Below, piece by piece: positions 21,801-36,800 of a stretch of DNA of 64,000 bases. Every line of letters starts with the position of its first letter. The first letter of the stretch is position 1. The notes beneath the pieces were generated by a model. The model saw only the letters and a program-made list of their open reading frames with translations. It did no database searches and was not told the DNA's origin. Position numbers and translations under genes: made by a program. The stretch is from Podarcis cretensis. Its lineage: Eukaryota. The stretch spans positions 51,956,001 to 52,020,000 of the forward strand of contig OX638154.1 in NCBI GenBank assembly GCA_951804945.1, in the 5' to 3' direction.

Positions 21801-24800
21801 GGGTAGAAGTTGGAGCCATCAGGGGTGTGCCAGAATGGCTTCCACACTGGCTGGAAAGGGCTGTAGCAGGCTCTCAAGGATGCTTCGGCTCCCCACCTCC
21901 CCCGTCTGTCTCAAACCTTCTTTGCTTCGCTGCCTAGCACTGCTTGCATCAAGCTTTCCCGTAAGATACAACTGTTATGCTATAACAGTGGAGATTGGTT
22001 GGCTGACTGAGGAGGAAGGGTGTAAGCAGGCGATTGTGCCATAATAGTCTGTATTTAGTGCCAGTTTATGCTGCAGGAAGCATTGACTATTGGGGTCAAG
22101 ATACAGGTTTTTGAGTAGGGTCAAATCTGCCATGCATTTGCCTCATCAGCCCAAGGCTTTTTTTTGCTGCAAGTGACAGAAAGTGGTACTCTGCCAGGGT
22201 AGATTCAGACTGCTTTCTTACACACGTGGTGTATTTTTGTAATAACAATCCTCTCTGGTCTTGAGGCTGCCTCTTCATGGCAGGTGCCACAGATCCAGGG
22301 AGTCAGCATCTAGCCAAACCAATATGCTCATGCTCCAGTTCAGCCCTGAGGTGACTGAGTAGCTAACCAGCTTTTGCAGGAGCTCATAGATTTGATTTGT
22401 AGTTATCACTGTACCAGACATTTAGACCAAAGTACAGTGGTACCTCGCAAGACGAAATTAATTTGTTCTGCGAGTTTTTTCGTCTTGCGATTTTTTTCGT
22501 CTTGCGAAGCACGGATCTTGGAAAAGCTTCAAAAATCACCAAAGTCTTCAAAAACCTCAAAAAAGGCTACCACACCGCGTGCTATGAGTTGCTCCTCGAA
22601 GTCAAGTCGCAACTGCACCCCCTGAATGCACGGTTTTAAGAAAAAGGAAACAAACTTGCAAGACAAAGGAAACAAACTTGCAAGACGTTTTCGTCTTGCG
22701 AAGCAAGCCCATAGGGAAATCCGTCTTGCGAAGCAACTCAAAAAACGAAAAACTCTTTCGTCTTGCGAGTTTTTCGTCTTACGAGGCATTCGTCTTATGA
22801 GGCATTAACTGTAGTTAATGACATCCTGCTGTCACAGGCAGGGGTTGAACTAATACTGGGCACTTCTTTCGTATTCAGTGCAGAGCTACCCAACCTCACA
22901 CATTAGTATATGAATGAAGAAGCTTAATTGGTTCTGAATGTTTGAATTATCCAGTTCAAAACTTCAGTGAGCAGGGGAAGCTTGGGAAAAGCAACACAAA
23001 GGACAAGGAAGTTAAAACAGTTATACCAATTAAAGTGAAGCTTAGATTTTAACCCTAAGGAATATTTATGGTACAGTGTTCAAAACATTGGGGGTTTTTG
23101 TGGGTTTTTTTGGGAAAGGTCTTTCTTACTCTTAGCCAGAGAGCAAACCAGGTAGCTTTTCTGTTTCTTAGCCTAAACAAGCTAGCTTTTCACACAGGAG
23201 TACAGACAGGATGCAAGAAACTCCAATGAAACCAGAGACATGCCCTTACATCTAAAGCCTTTTTGGTCTTGTGATAACACAGGGCCATTTGGCTTAGAGT
23301 GAAGTATTCTGGTTGCATTTCACATTGGATAAAGGCTTCAGGTCAGAGGCAAAGGTGTAAATTGCCATTTTGCGCTTTTTATAGGGTGACCCTAAGGAGG
23401 TGACTTATCTCCCAGCAGAAGCCAAGGGATGTGAAAATGTATAGACGAATTATCTTATGCTGTGTGTAATGCAACAATTGTTTGGGGTACAGGAAAAAAT
23501 GGTTGCACTTTCAATAAGAGATGTGTAAAAAATTCATATTTCTCTGGCTTCAACAAGTTGGTAAAAAATAGAAAAAATGAATCTGAAGATGGGAACACCT
23601 TGGAAACACCACATTTCCACCACTGGAAGACATTGGGTTGAATCTGTACACACATGCACTCCACTCTTCCTATAGCCATCTTGATGGTACTTAGGCAGCA
23701 GTTCCTGTTAACTTTATGGCTTCAACATCAGACATAACCTTTCTGCATTTGTATGATTGTGTTTGTTTTCAATCCAGTGTGTTTTAATGGTTAACGTGTT
23801 GGGCTATGACTTGGGAGACCAGAATTTGAATCTCTAGTCAGCCACGAAGCTCACTGGGTGACCTTGGATTTCTCAGCCAAACTACCTCACAGGGTTGATG
23901 TGGGAATAAACTGGGGAGGGGAGAGCCATGTAGACCACACTGAGCTCCTCGAAGGAAAAGGTGATATATAAATGAAATTAATAAATCAAATCCTCCCACG
24001 TCCCCTGCTATTCCCCTTTTCTTGTGGACATGTGTGTGTGTATTTGAGGTGAGGGCTGTATCATCTAGGCTCTCTCCCTGGATAAAAAGGTTTTGGTTTC
24101 CATCACTTCTAATTTGAGGTGGTGAGCCGCAGGCCTGTGTGATGTGACAGCTGAGACAGCTGCCTTCAGACCAAGATATTGGGGAATAGAAATACAAGTG
24201 AATCTGCCTCTTTGACTCTTTAAAAATGCTGTTGCTGATTTACTGTTGTCAAAGTAGTCTGAAGATCCCCTTCCTTGTATGCAACTGGGAGTAGCTTTCC
24301 TGACCTGCTCCTTTTCCAGTAAATTTCCATAGTACTGTTGAGGATTTCATTGGACTTTCAGGGTTATAGTAGCATTTCATTTCAAATGGAAGTCTGCAGA
24401 ATGATAGCGGTCGCGAGTGCAAGCCTTAGCTCAAGTTTCACCGGCTGGCCTTGTTTACTTAGAATCATAGAATTGTAGAGTTGGATGGGACCCTTAGGGT
24501 CATCGCTACTCTAACACCCTGTAATGCAGAAATCTCAACTAAAGCATTAATGGATAGCAGATGGCTATCCAACTTCTGCATGAAAACTTCCAGTGAAGGA
24601 GAATCCACCACCTTCCGATGGAGTCTGTTCCAATTGCCAAGCAGCTCTTACTGTCAAAAAGTTCTTCCTAATGTTTAATTGGAATCTCATTTCTTGTGAA
24701 TTGAATCCATTGGTTTGGGTCCTAGCCTCCAAAGCAGAAGAAAACAAGCTTGCTGCATCTTCCATGTGACAGCCCTTTAGATATTTAAAGATGGTTGTCT

Positions 24801-27800
24801 TTCTCATCTTTACATACCCAACTCCTTCAACCATTCCTCATAAGGCTGGGTTTCCAGACCTTTGATTATTTGGTTGCCTTCCTATGCATATGTTCCAGCT
24901 TGCCATTATCTTTCTTAAATTGTGCCCAGAACTGGACACAATACTTTAGATGTGGTCTTACCAAGGCAGAATAGAGTGGTAATATTGCTTCCCTTGATCT
25001 GGACACTATACTTCTGCTGATAACTGGGTTATTTTGTCTTATGCCTGATCGTATGAATCATAGTACCAGCACATGGCCTCTCCACTTGCACAGAGCTAGC
25101 CCTGGAAGTGCTGCTGTTGAGAGCAGCAAAGCAACAGGTCCAAGAACACACCATCTTTAGCTCTAACAGTTTTGGGTTGCCTGGCACAACCCTGTGCTGG
25201 CATCAGCTAAAAGTGACTTCCCCAAGGACATGCCTCTGCTTGATTTCCAGGGATAGGATGCTGGAGTATTTGGAACAGAGCAAACCACTACCTGTGCATA
25301 TTGTGGCTTCTTAGGTTTGCTTTACACTGTTCATTATGAATTGTGTTGCAGAAGGTATTGGTGCTGTGCATGTTAGAAAGAAGTTTTTTGTTCCTGCGGT
25401 ACAAGATGTCATTACTCATAGACAATGGGGCTTCTGTTTTTTACAGGGTATGTTTGAATTTGCTTACAAAGGATGTTGTGTAGCCTGCGGTATTATGTCG
25501 CCTGGTTTCATGGTTGCAACTGTGATCAGTGCTGGTCTCTTGTGCCAAGCAAAGAGTCAACCATATATTCTGATGTTCTTGTATGTTGTTGTTGTTGTTT
25601 AGTCGTTTAGTCGTGTCCGACTCTTCGTGACCCCATGGACCAGAGAACGCCAGGCACTCCTGTCCTCCACTGCCCCCCGCAGCTTGGTCAGACTCATGCT
25701 GGTAACCTCGAAAACACTATCCAACCATCTCGTCTTTCCTAGTTAACAGCAAGTAATAGGTGTTTCCTTCATGACGACAGATGGCCAATCATGCTAGCTC
25801 TTGTCTATAGCCCATTTTAGAAAGTAAGTGAAAGAGGCAGTTTGTGATGTTTCAGTTTGAGAGTTTATTTTTTAAAGCAATTTGCTAGCAAGAAGCAATC
25901 TCTGACATGGAGTGCATATTTCTGTGACTTTTGTAGTCTTGATTCTTTTGTAGGGTTAACATTAACTGGGCATATGATCCCCTTCATCTTGTAAATTTTG
26001 TGTGTGTGTGTACACCCACACCAAGTGTCTGCAGTACTTTCCTCTTGTAAAGAAGCTGACTCTAGTGTACTAGAGGTGAAGAATGTGAATCCTTATGTGT
26101 TCCTTTGTCTGGAACTTCAGCTGCTGCTCTAACTGTAGGCTTTCTTTCTCCCAGAATCTGCATTCTTTGAACACTCTTCTGTTCCGAAGATCAGCCCTGG
26201 GTCATCACTCTTCTTCTGTCACTCCTAAATGTCAAGCTTCAACCATGTTGCAGCTTGAGCCCTAGAACTCATGCCCCTTCCCTAGTTCTAGTCAGTAGTA
26301 GTGGCATACTCACTGTAGCAAGAGCTATTGCTAGAAGCTGCTCTTTTGTTACTGAATTAGCTTTTTTAAATAAACTTGTTTTCTGTCTTGTTTTAGTTGA
26401 TTGTACTGTATGTAAGCTGTTCTGCAAGCCTTTTCTGTGAAGACTGGGTACAAACATTCTAAATAACACCATCACTACCATCTAGTCTTCTTAAGCTGTT
26501 GGTCTGTTGGTGCTGAAGGCTGGCCCATCTTCCTTTGTTATGTACTTTACTGTCTTTGGGGTGACAGTATGTTGCGTACTGTGGGGGTTGAAGGCAGTGG
26601 GTAATGCCAGCAATGTTTTTGACGTGTTGAAGGATGTCATTGGCTGCTGGCAAACATGTCAGGCGACTTGGTTGGCACAGAACTCTATAATATGGGCCCA
26701 TCAATATTTGGCTCAAGTGGGTGGGAGGAAAATGCTTGTTATGTTCACGCCTGTATTGTGGCAGAACTAAGACTGTGGTTGCAGCTGACTGCGCTCAGTA
26801 CTGCAGAACCAGGGCAATGCTCAGCAACCTTTCCGCCTTCTATGTAGATTGCCTGTGCCCTCTACGCCATAGTGGAGAGGGCTAGGTCTTTGCTTGAATG
26901 AACAGATGATGCTCTGGTTGCTATGGTTCCTGTTGCTTGGTGGCAATTGGCTGTGCTGTTCAAGAGATCAAGATATTGGGTGCTTTGGACAGGACTGAAA
27001 GGAAAGCAACCCAGAATGCCTTCCAGGAGGTGAGGAATGGTAGTCGCTGCAGAGTCAGCAGCCATACAGTCCCTATTTGGCCCTTTGAGGTCATTGGATT
27101 ATGAGGCCATATCCTGAGTGTGCACAGTATCATCATGTTGGTCTCCATTCACTTCAGTTTGATGGAGCAAGAAGTATGTCTCAAACAACTGCATCTCCTG
27201 CAATTCCAGGGAGAGAGATTGTATAGGAACACGGGATGGGTTTTGTGTGTTCACTAACCTGGAGTGGCCTCATGTACTCATGCTATCTTTAATTGTTGAT
27301 ATCTGCTGGAACTCCTCTTCTCACTTAGTCTCTGGGACTTTGAGAATTCAGCTTGCTGTTATTTACATAGTGCTGTCAAGGAGACAAACTGCTATTTTCT
27401 TACTCTTCAAAAGCTCAGAGGAGGCCTGGAAGGAGGAAGCACTGCACCAGGGACACTGAGCTTGTGGCAGTTGCTGCTGCTACTTAAGCATCAAAACCTG
27501 ATATGTCACATTTTCATTCATGCTCCTTTAATAAAGCAAACCCAGTGCCAATCTGCTTGAGAGGTCAGAGAAAAGAAATGAATCCTGTTTTGGGTCTCTG
27601 GTTAAGGCTCAGGGTGTCAATAGTGTTGTCTCATCAGTTGAACTACATTAGAATACCATGTGCTGTGGTGTTCATTAGGTGAGTTCTTTCCCAGCAGTGA
27701 TCCTTTGCTGGCGAGACCTCACTCTGTTGCACTGAAAGTGCCGTGCATGCTGGGCTGCTTACAAGATATAACGTTACAAACTTTGCCATTTCTATTGGCC

Positions 27801-30800
27801 CAAGAATAGCACAGTATTTAAGGCTTTCTTACGACACTCCATTCTGCATCCATTTCTTTTGTCACTGGATTGGACGCTGTATGCCAACTCCTTATGGTGT
27901 TGAACCCATAAAGCTGGTCTGAGGCTTGAGAAACCGTTATTGCCACTTTTAAAGTGCTCGTTTGAAAGATCCCTACAATGCCCTTGCCTCCGTTGTCTAG
28001 AGGAAGGGGCATACGTATGCTGTTACTTTAAGATGCATTATCTGGAGCAGGGGTCAGCAACCTTTTTCAGCCATGGGCCAGTCCACTGTCCCTCAGACCA
28101 TGTGGTGTGCCAGACTAAATTTTTTTGGGGGGAAATGAACGAATTCCTATGCCCCACAAATAACCCAGAGATGCATTTTAAATAAAAGGACACATTCTAC
28201 TCATGTAAAAACACATTGATTCCTGGACTGTCTGTGGGCTGGCTTGAGAAGGCGATTGGGTCGCATCCGGCCCCCGGGCCTTAGTTTGCCTACCCCTGAT
28301 CTGTAGGTTTTGAAGTCTCAGCAGGTCAAGTCATGAGACACTGGTGTAGGGAGACTGTAATATGGTTTAGTTTATGCAGCAGTTGAGCTCCTGTGTGTTT
28401 CTGTGACTGTGTTTGTTATGTGCTGACTACATACAGTAAGTGTGTGAGCAAACTTAAAGCCCGAGTGGTGTAATGTTTATTCATGTACTTATTAATGTTG
28501 GATTTCAGCTGCCATTTTGTTGCCAATTCATCCAGCTAGGGACAGCATCCTGGAGCTCTTCAGTCTTGCTGAGATTTCACCATCCTGAATAATTTGGCAT
28601 CATCTGCAAAGTTGGTTGTCTGTCAGTTTGCATCTTACTCCAGACCACAATGGACAAATTATATAGCACCAATCCAAATACAAATGGGCATGGTTTACTG
28701 TCCTCCTTCATGAAAGCTATCAAACTCTGCTTTCTGTTTTGGTGTTGGAGGCTCTTAAGAAACTTGGTTACCTAATGACAATCCTTGCTCAAAAATATAA
28801 ATAATTTTAACCCTTATATTTCAATAGATTCTGGCTGCATGGGAACCTACTATAAAGTTCAGTAGTTAATAGGAATTTTATGTGTGTTTGTAGTCTGCTT
28901 CAGATTTGTACAAGGACCGAGTGCAGTCTGTGCCACATCTTGAGAAATATCATTGATTACTCTACAATTTGTGGAGAATCTGACACAAAGTCAGGCCATG
29001 GCTGCACAATGCACTTGTTGATCAGCAGCTTGATGCTTTTCTTTGTAGGCACTGCTTAAAACATCTGGAGCTATATGACTTCATATTGTATTTTTCCCCT
29101 TTGCTACACCTACCCATTAAAATATTTGCATTTATGTTTAGAGACTTCTTGTTTTTACATTTGATAAAACTAATCAGTTTTGTGGTCTCTGTTTTTCAAC
29201 ATTTTGCATTGTTAAAAGCAATGGTTCCCAACCTTTTTATTATGATGATCCACTATTAGAGTCACATGAGTTTTGTACTTTAGGTCTTCAACAGCTGTCG
29301 ATTTCATGCATTTTAACTGCACGTTTGCCTATTTTATAACCATTATTTGAGGCATCCAAGCAAAAATTTATTTAATGCCCCTATTAATATTGAACTTTTT
29401 GAAATATTTATAATACTTACAGAGATACTCAGTTTTTTATGGGAATGTAACCACCAATCACCTGGTTACAGAATATTGCTTCATGAGCTATTAAAAATAT
29501 TTTAAAAACATGCTATTACACAAGCAGTGTTAGATATTTTGAACTATGAATATTTTAAATAGCTTTATTCACAATAAAATTCATTTTGGCAAGTATAAGT
29601 GGGATGGCTGAGCTTGCACTTCGCTAATGAGTAGATCAATGTGGGGATTGATGGTTGTCAAGCATAGTCTCATATCGTTATTGATACATAGCCGGCTACT
29701 GTATTTATAGTATTTATACTGTATTTATACTGTCTTCATAGTAGTTATTGCTGAAATACCTGTCTCGCAAATATATGCACTATCAAATGGCAGCAGCACA
29801 GATTTTGCTTCATTGGCAAGCTCAGGATACTCAATAGTAGCTGAGTAATTTTGGTAACCTGAACCCAAAATTCAGAGAGCCTCACTTCCAAAAATGTATC
29901 TTTGAGGGCCCAATGAGTTGTTCTTTTTGCACAAAGACAGGTTTGTGACATGAGTTGCAAATAGGTTTTGCACCCATTCAAACTTCTCTGTTTCTTCAGC
30001 AGAAAGGTAGTGGAGAAATCAAACCACCCTTGGCTTCACTTTTAACTTACTGGCAGTCTGCCACAAGGTACAGGGAGTTGTTTTGAGTGACTGCTATAGC
30101 TCGCCTCTGATGGGCAGGTGCACAGCTTTTCTGAGTGAGAGACAGAAAAGAATTTACTAGCTATGTAGGGAAGAATTTACTGTCTATGTAAAGAAAGTGA
30201 ACTTCAGGGCTCGTTCACACTTCCATTGCCCCTCTGCTTCCTCTGGGGAAACCCTCTCATTGCCACTACATCGTAGCAGATGTCAGTCGAATTTTCAGCA
30301 GATTGACGTTTGCTCCGACTCAGCAGTGAAGAGTGGGTTTTCCCAGAGAAAGTGGTAGGGCAAATGCAAAACCGCCTGGACGCATGCTTAGAAAGCATGG
30401 GGCAAGGTGAAAACCTTTCAGACCTGTGCTTTCTAGGCATTGGACAAGTGTGGAGTAGCCCTTAGCTATAACTCAATATATCCAGGAAACAGCCACTACC
30501 AAGATGGACCAGACTGTTATTCCCATATGTAAAATACAGAAATAAAAGGTTTTGGTTGGTGGGGAATATTGCATTGTGTGTTCAGCAAAGTGGCACTGAA
30601 AACTGGGTTCACCTAGATGTGACAGCACCATGATGAACAGGTATTAAGCATGGGGTGGGGTGGAGGTGATTGTAATGTATTATAGAAACAGGTAATATAA
30701 AGGGGATTCTGAATCTTCTGTTTCAGAATTGCCACCCAAATACTTTTCTCTCGTCATGTTTTGGAACCCAACTTAAAAATAAGCAGCTAGGGCAGAGGAA

Positions 30801-33800
30801 GTGTTCAGCAACTTCTTCCATTTCCCCCACTTTCCTCATTAAATTGCTGCTCCCTTATATTTGTTCTCTACCATTCCTAGTTCTAAAACATGAGGCTGCT
30901 GCTTTCACATCTACTTAGCTCTTCATTGTGGAAGGATATTATTACAGCACTAGAGGTTTGAAATACAGGCATACCTCGGGTTGAAGTAGCTTCAGGATAA
31001 GTATTTTCGGGTTGCGCGCTGTGACGACCCGGAAGTAACGGAGCGCATTACTTCCAGGTTTCACTGCTTGTGCATGCGCAGACGGTCAAAATGACATCAC
31101 GTGCATGCGCAGAAGCGGCGAATCGCCACACACGCAGATGCAGATTGCATTTGCTTCTGGATGCGAACAGGGCTCTGGAATGGATCCCGTTCACATCCAG
31201 AGGTACCACTGTAGTAATTAACACTTTCTGTTCACTGACTTAGAATACTCTTATCCTGAATTTCTTCTGTTGAGGGCAGTTGAGACTTTTACCAGTCCCC
31301 AACTGCTGTGTTGTACTTGATTGCATTATCTGTAGTATCGTCCCCACTCAACCATATATGCCCTCTCCTGATCTAAAGTACGGGAGAGCAAGGGTGTTAC
31401 TCTTTTTTGTAGTATGGAGAGAGTTAACGTTTCACGAACCAGGTACCTAACAGTAAGGGATCTGGATTTGGCTTTTTACTGTCTTACAAGCATATATAAA
31501 ATAGTGGCTAAGTTGCTATTTTCTACCTTCTAGGCACTCCACCAGTTGTATTATGATCCCAACATTGAAAACAAGAATCTGGCTCAGAAATGGTTGATGC
31601 AAGCTCAAGTCTCACCACAAGCCTGGCACTTCAGTTGGCTACTTCTCGATATGGACAAGGTGCCTGAGATCCAGTACTTTGGGGCCAGCGCCCTCCACAT
31701 CAAGATTTCACGCTACTGGAATGACATCCCAGCTGACCAGTATGAAAGCCTCAAATCACAGCTCTTCAGCCAAATAACCCGTTTTGCTAGTGGTTCCAAG
31801 ATTGTGCTGACCCGGCTTTGTGTGGCACTGGCTTCGTTAGCACTAAACATGATGCCAGAGGCCTGGCCATGTGCTGTTGCTGACATGGTGCGCATGTTTC
31901 AGGCAGAGGACTCTAATGTCGATGGGCGAGCACGCTGCCTGGCACTCTTAGAGCTGTTGACTGTTCTGCCTGAGGAGTTCCAAACCAGCCGCCTGCCTCA
32001 GTACCGTAAGGGGCAGGTGCGTAGCGTCTTGGCACAGGAGTGCAGTTCTGTCTTCCCCCTGCTAGAGCAATTACTACAGCAACAAGACTCTCCCAGCTTC
32101 ATTAAACAGAAGGTGTTGAAGTGCTTCTCCAGCTGGGTGCAGTTAGAGATTCCCCTGATGGAGTGTGAGAACTTGATCCAGGCAGCCTTCACCTCTTTGC
32201 GCGATCCAGAACTCTTTGATACAGCTGTGGAGGCCATTGTCAATGCCATTTCCCAGCCTGATGCTCAGAGGTAAGTGTTGGTTCCAAATTGTGGGTCAGT
32301 TGTGGTTACAGTTGTGCAGCCTCCCCTGTAAGCTGACTGTTTCCACATGGAGCAATCAAGGGGAGAACCTGTATTGACAGAACTTTCAATCAGCTTTCTG
32401 AACCACACTCTGATTCCAACAAAGGGGTTATAGAGTGTGCTTGTGTAGAGTTTCATATCCATGGACAGTACATAAATTCCGCAGGTCTTCTTGAAGATGG
32501 GGGGCAAGGGAGGAGATTGAGGAACTCTTGAATTGGCGCAACCATTGGCAAGCAAGCATCAACCTTTTGTGGACTTTTTTAGTTACTACGTATCAGCCAA
32601 TAAAAACAGAATTACCTAGTGCTGAAATTAAGCTAAAACCAACCAATAAGAACAGAATTACCAGAACTGAAATTAAGCTAAAACTAGTATTATTAACTTT
32701 TAAATAATCATGTGGTTGATTCTTGTGAGACAGAATTCTACCAAGCTTCAAAACAGACATTCTGTAGCCACAGCCAATCCTCAAGAGCATCTGTTGGTTC
32801 TGTTCTAATTTCAGCTAGGGAAGGATGTCATGCATCCTCTCGTAAGCTTCAAGAGAGTTCATGGAGTGGCCAGACAGCTCAGCTTTGGGCCCCTACCCAT
32901 TAGAGTCTTGCATTATGTCTTCATCCAGGTATTAAATCACCTCTCTGTTAATTCATTTGCTGTGGCTGTTGGTTGTAGTTCTTTGTCTTGTGTGATATGA
33001 AAGGTAGTCATGAATGGAGGAATTCACCTTTTTTCTGTAGAGGTTCACTGGTGTGCATTAATTCAGTAACCCCTCTGGGCACAGTATGGAATCTAAGTGA
33101 GTAGGGGAGTTGTCCAGGACTATTGGTCTGTTTCAAAATCTGTTAATGACTAGCAGAGCTAGAATCTGTTGTGACTACGTTGGTGTGGTTCTGGGTGCAA
33201 ACATAATTGGGAAGTTTCTGTCAGCAGACAGGGCCTGTGATATAGTTTGCTTCCTATCTCCTTTCATCTCTCTTTCCTTCTCTACTGCCAACACTCCTCC
33301 TTCCCTGACTGTATTTGTTCATAGTACAGATTACATCCTTGATATCTGGGAGTGAGAGACCTTGCCCACAGGCTCATCAACAAAGCTGGTTTTGTTGTTT
33401 TTTAAGGAAATCAGTGCTGTGGTTCTTCAGGTGGCAGAACTATTCATGACAACAGATATTATAGGCTTGGAAATGTATAACATGCTCAATTTAGATAAAA
33501 GAAAATTATAGGGAACATGATACCAGTCTTCAAAGGATGGCAGAGTAAACCACTATTTACCAGTGCTGCTGGAAAAAAGAGAAACATTGGCCTTTAGTGG
33601 TAATAGAATAGACGGGTTAGATTTCAAAAATACATTTTTCATAAGAATAAAGGTGCAATAGAACAAACTCCTCAGGGTTGAAGTAAAGCAGGAGTCAGGA
33701 CTTTAAACCTGGAGGCCAAATGGGACCCTCCAGGTCTCTTTCTGGCCCTCAAGATGCTGCCCAGGCCAGGCCCCTTCCCCAGGCCACACCTCTCATCAGC

Positions 33801-36800
33801 TGTACTCCACTCCTTCCTCAAGTGCTTTTTTGGGGCTGAAATGTGTCCTTGAACTGTGATTGATAATGTCTCTTGCCTGGATGGGGAATGGAGAAATAGG
33901 TATGGATGTGTAAAAACCTGACTTTTGCTTAGCTGGAATGTGGTTATTGTACCAAGTCACAGCTGTTGCTTTGTTCTCGTTTGCCTCTGACCCTATTTAC
34001 TACTGGCATGCAACCTCTGGAAGGTTGCCCATGAGAGATATGGCCTTTGGGCTGAAGAGGTTTTCCCATCCCTGCTGTAATGTCTCATTCTATGCAGTTC
34101 TTATGAGAGAGCTGGATGAGCATTGGCTGTGTGTGCATGAGTTTAGATCTTAGAGTGGTGATCCAATTTAGCCATACTCTTAATAGACCCATTGAAATCA
34201 GTGGACAAGCCCATTGATATCAGTGGGTTTACTCGAATGAGTATGGCTAACATTGGATAATCACCTTTATAGTCTCTTGCGTTTTCTTATTGGTTGCCAA
34301 ATTAGAATTATAAGGTCAGGTGTATAGTAAAGTAATTATTTCACTTGTATTCAAGTGTGTTGTAACACTGGGCCATATTCAACTAAACTGTTGCTCCAGC
34401 AGGAGCCAGTGCAATGACCACAATGGGACTTCTCCCTTCTCCCCCCCCCCCAATCATATACCCCTGTGTCATCCCCAGATCTACTCCAAAGGGTTAGAAG
34501 AACCCCCACAATGGGGCGGGGGCGGGGCGGGAGATGGTTTGTCAGACAAGCATAAATTCTTGTTCTGATGGAACAATTCCCTTAGCACTAAGTTGATTGC
34601 AGCCTATTCAAAATGGACCAGAAAGGGAATTTGTTAATCTTCTTTAGCAGTAATATTAAATTCTGAATTATGCTTACTGCTACAACCCACCATTTATTTA
34701 AACTCAGTCTGCTGAATGACTTAAAAACCACTAGCAAGGACTAATTTAGATGTGTCCTAGTTACATGATTTGAGGTGGTTCAGCCACTACTAGCTACACC
34801 AAAGTGGTACATACAGAAAGACATACCCCCAACAACCTTATGCTTACCATGAGGAACCAGCAATGTCTTGCTGGTCCTGATTATGGAGATCACACATACA
34901 CAGATGTAGTTGCTGTGTAATGACAACAGGGAGCAGGCTTTAGTACCAGGAAAAATATACAAGGTAGTCATATCACTCACATTTCATTGAAATCACTTAG
35001 GAGGTATCTACACATTTTGCTCATAGAGACTTTTTTTTAATGAAAGCTGAGTCTAGGGCACCTGCCCAGTGGCACCACTGGAAGCCTTCATAGGTGCCAT
35101 GTTGCCTGTAGCAACCACTACATGAGAGAGGATCTTTTTGTGGTGGCTCTGCACTTCTGGAATATTTCCTTGTCATGGTTCATAAATCATCAACCCTATA
35201 AGCAATTACGAGAGCACTAAAAGGCAATCTGTTCTCACTGGCCTTTGCTTAAGACTGTGTTTTGCTTCATGCTATAGCTGGTGATTTTAGACTGTATTTT
35301 ATGATTTCATAGAATCATACAAGTGTAGAGTTAGAAGGCACCCTGAAGATCATCTAGTTCAACCCCCTGCAATCCAGGAATCTCAACTGAAGCATCCATG
35401 ACATATGACCATCCAGTTTCTGCTTAAAAACCTTCAGTGAAGGAAAGTCTACCACCTTCCAAGGGAGTCTGCTTAGCTTTGGGTTGCCTGAATGTTCATT
35501 ATTTTTTAACTAGACTGGCTTTTCTGAAGCATTCTTATCATGGTTGCATTGTGCCTTGAGAGGGTTTTTGTCCTTAAAGGTGGTCTAAAAATATTATAAT
35601 TCTCCCTGTCACCCCCAAAAAATAAGAGCTTAAGCAAGGTCAAAAGAAACTTAAAACACATCACTAGTAAATATACCATAACTGTGCGTTTCAGGGATCA
35701 GAATACAGGCCACAGAATAGCACTGGCGCTCACTCTCAGTCGGTCAGTCTTTAATGTTTTAACCATAGGTTACAACAGAAGCACTCGCTACCTTAGGGAA
35801 TAAGTAAACTTGTGTGTAGAAGCCCAAAATGATAGACACTGGGTGCCATTAGGTGGCCACAAGGAAAAATGTGACATAGAGACTAGTTTGAAAATGGGTG
35901 GCAGCAGGGCAAGATAGTGGTTGCATAAGCTTTGTAGGGAGGGAGCAACAAGGGTTGTGTGTGTGCATGCAGTGCCATTGTTTTCACTAGAGATCAGTGA
36001 GGAATGAGAGGAAGTTGAATAGCAATATGATTCTGGCTGGATCAACAGGATTAAGCTCTGTTTCTCCTTTCAGTCTCTGTTGCTCTTAAGAATCTTCCTT
36101 GACCTCTCTGAGTGTGCTGCTGCCCCCTCCCCCCATTGCATTGTCTGTGGATGCTTGCTGGCAGCCTTGATGCACATGCTTTTCTGTTGTCGGTGACCAC
36201 TGGAGCTGGCGCACTTCCCCTCCTCCACCCACTTCGGTTTTTGCGCACAGCAATGCAGAACTGGATTCATTTGAGTTGCCCCTTGGGGCATAAATGCTGC
36301 CTTCTTCCTCACCTCCTTCCTACGTTTGCAGCTTATTGAGCAGCCTGATCTCTCTACCCCAGGCTTCTAAACACCAGTGACATGACCACATACTTTTCCC
36401 TTTGCAGGATATTATATGCCTAGTGACTGTGGGGAGATGGGCATCTGTCTACTCGCTTAGGCTGCTTTCAAACCAAAACCTGGCATTCCGTGATATGTCC
36501 CAAGTAGATTGATGAGGGTGGTCCTAATTGCCCTGAGAGCTTAAAAAAATGATAGAGGAATTGGGTCTCCAGTGCAGAACTCAGCCTTGAAGGTGATGCT
36601 AGCATATGGATGGCCTTTGAACTGTTTAGTGCTGCATGCATGCACATTGGTGTGTTCTTCCACCTGTATCTGTGGGCTGCATGTGCGGTGGGGGCAGGCA
36701 TGCGAGTGCAGAATAACTGTGTCTCCAGATAATATGCCTCAGTAGCCAGGTAACTGACAGCTGGCCGATTAGCCGCCAGCACAGCCTCTCTCTGGGGGCC

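Noticed and set aside
22435-22811. Regularly recurring CGTCTTGCGA as a CRISPR-like array or BANP (TCTCGCGAGA) sites
   Set aside because: Eukaryotic context, irregular spacing and TIR/TA boundaries. The repeats derive from the TIR and differ from the BANP motif in its core.
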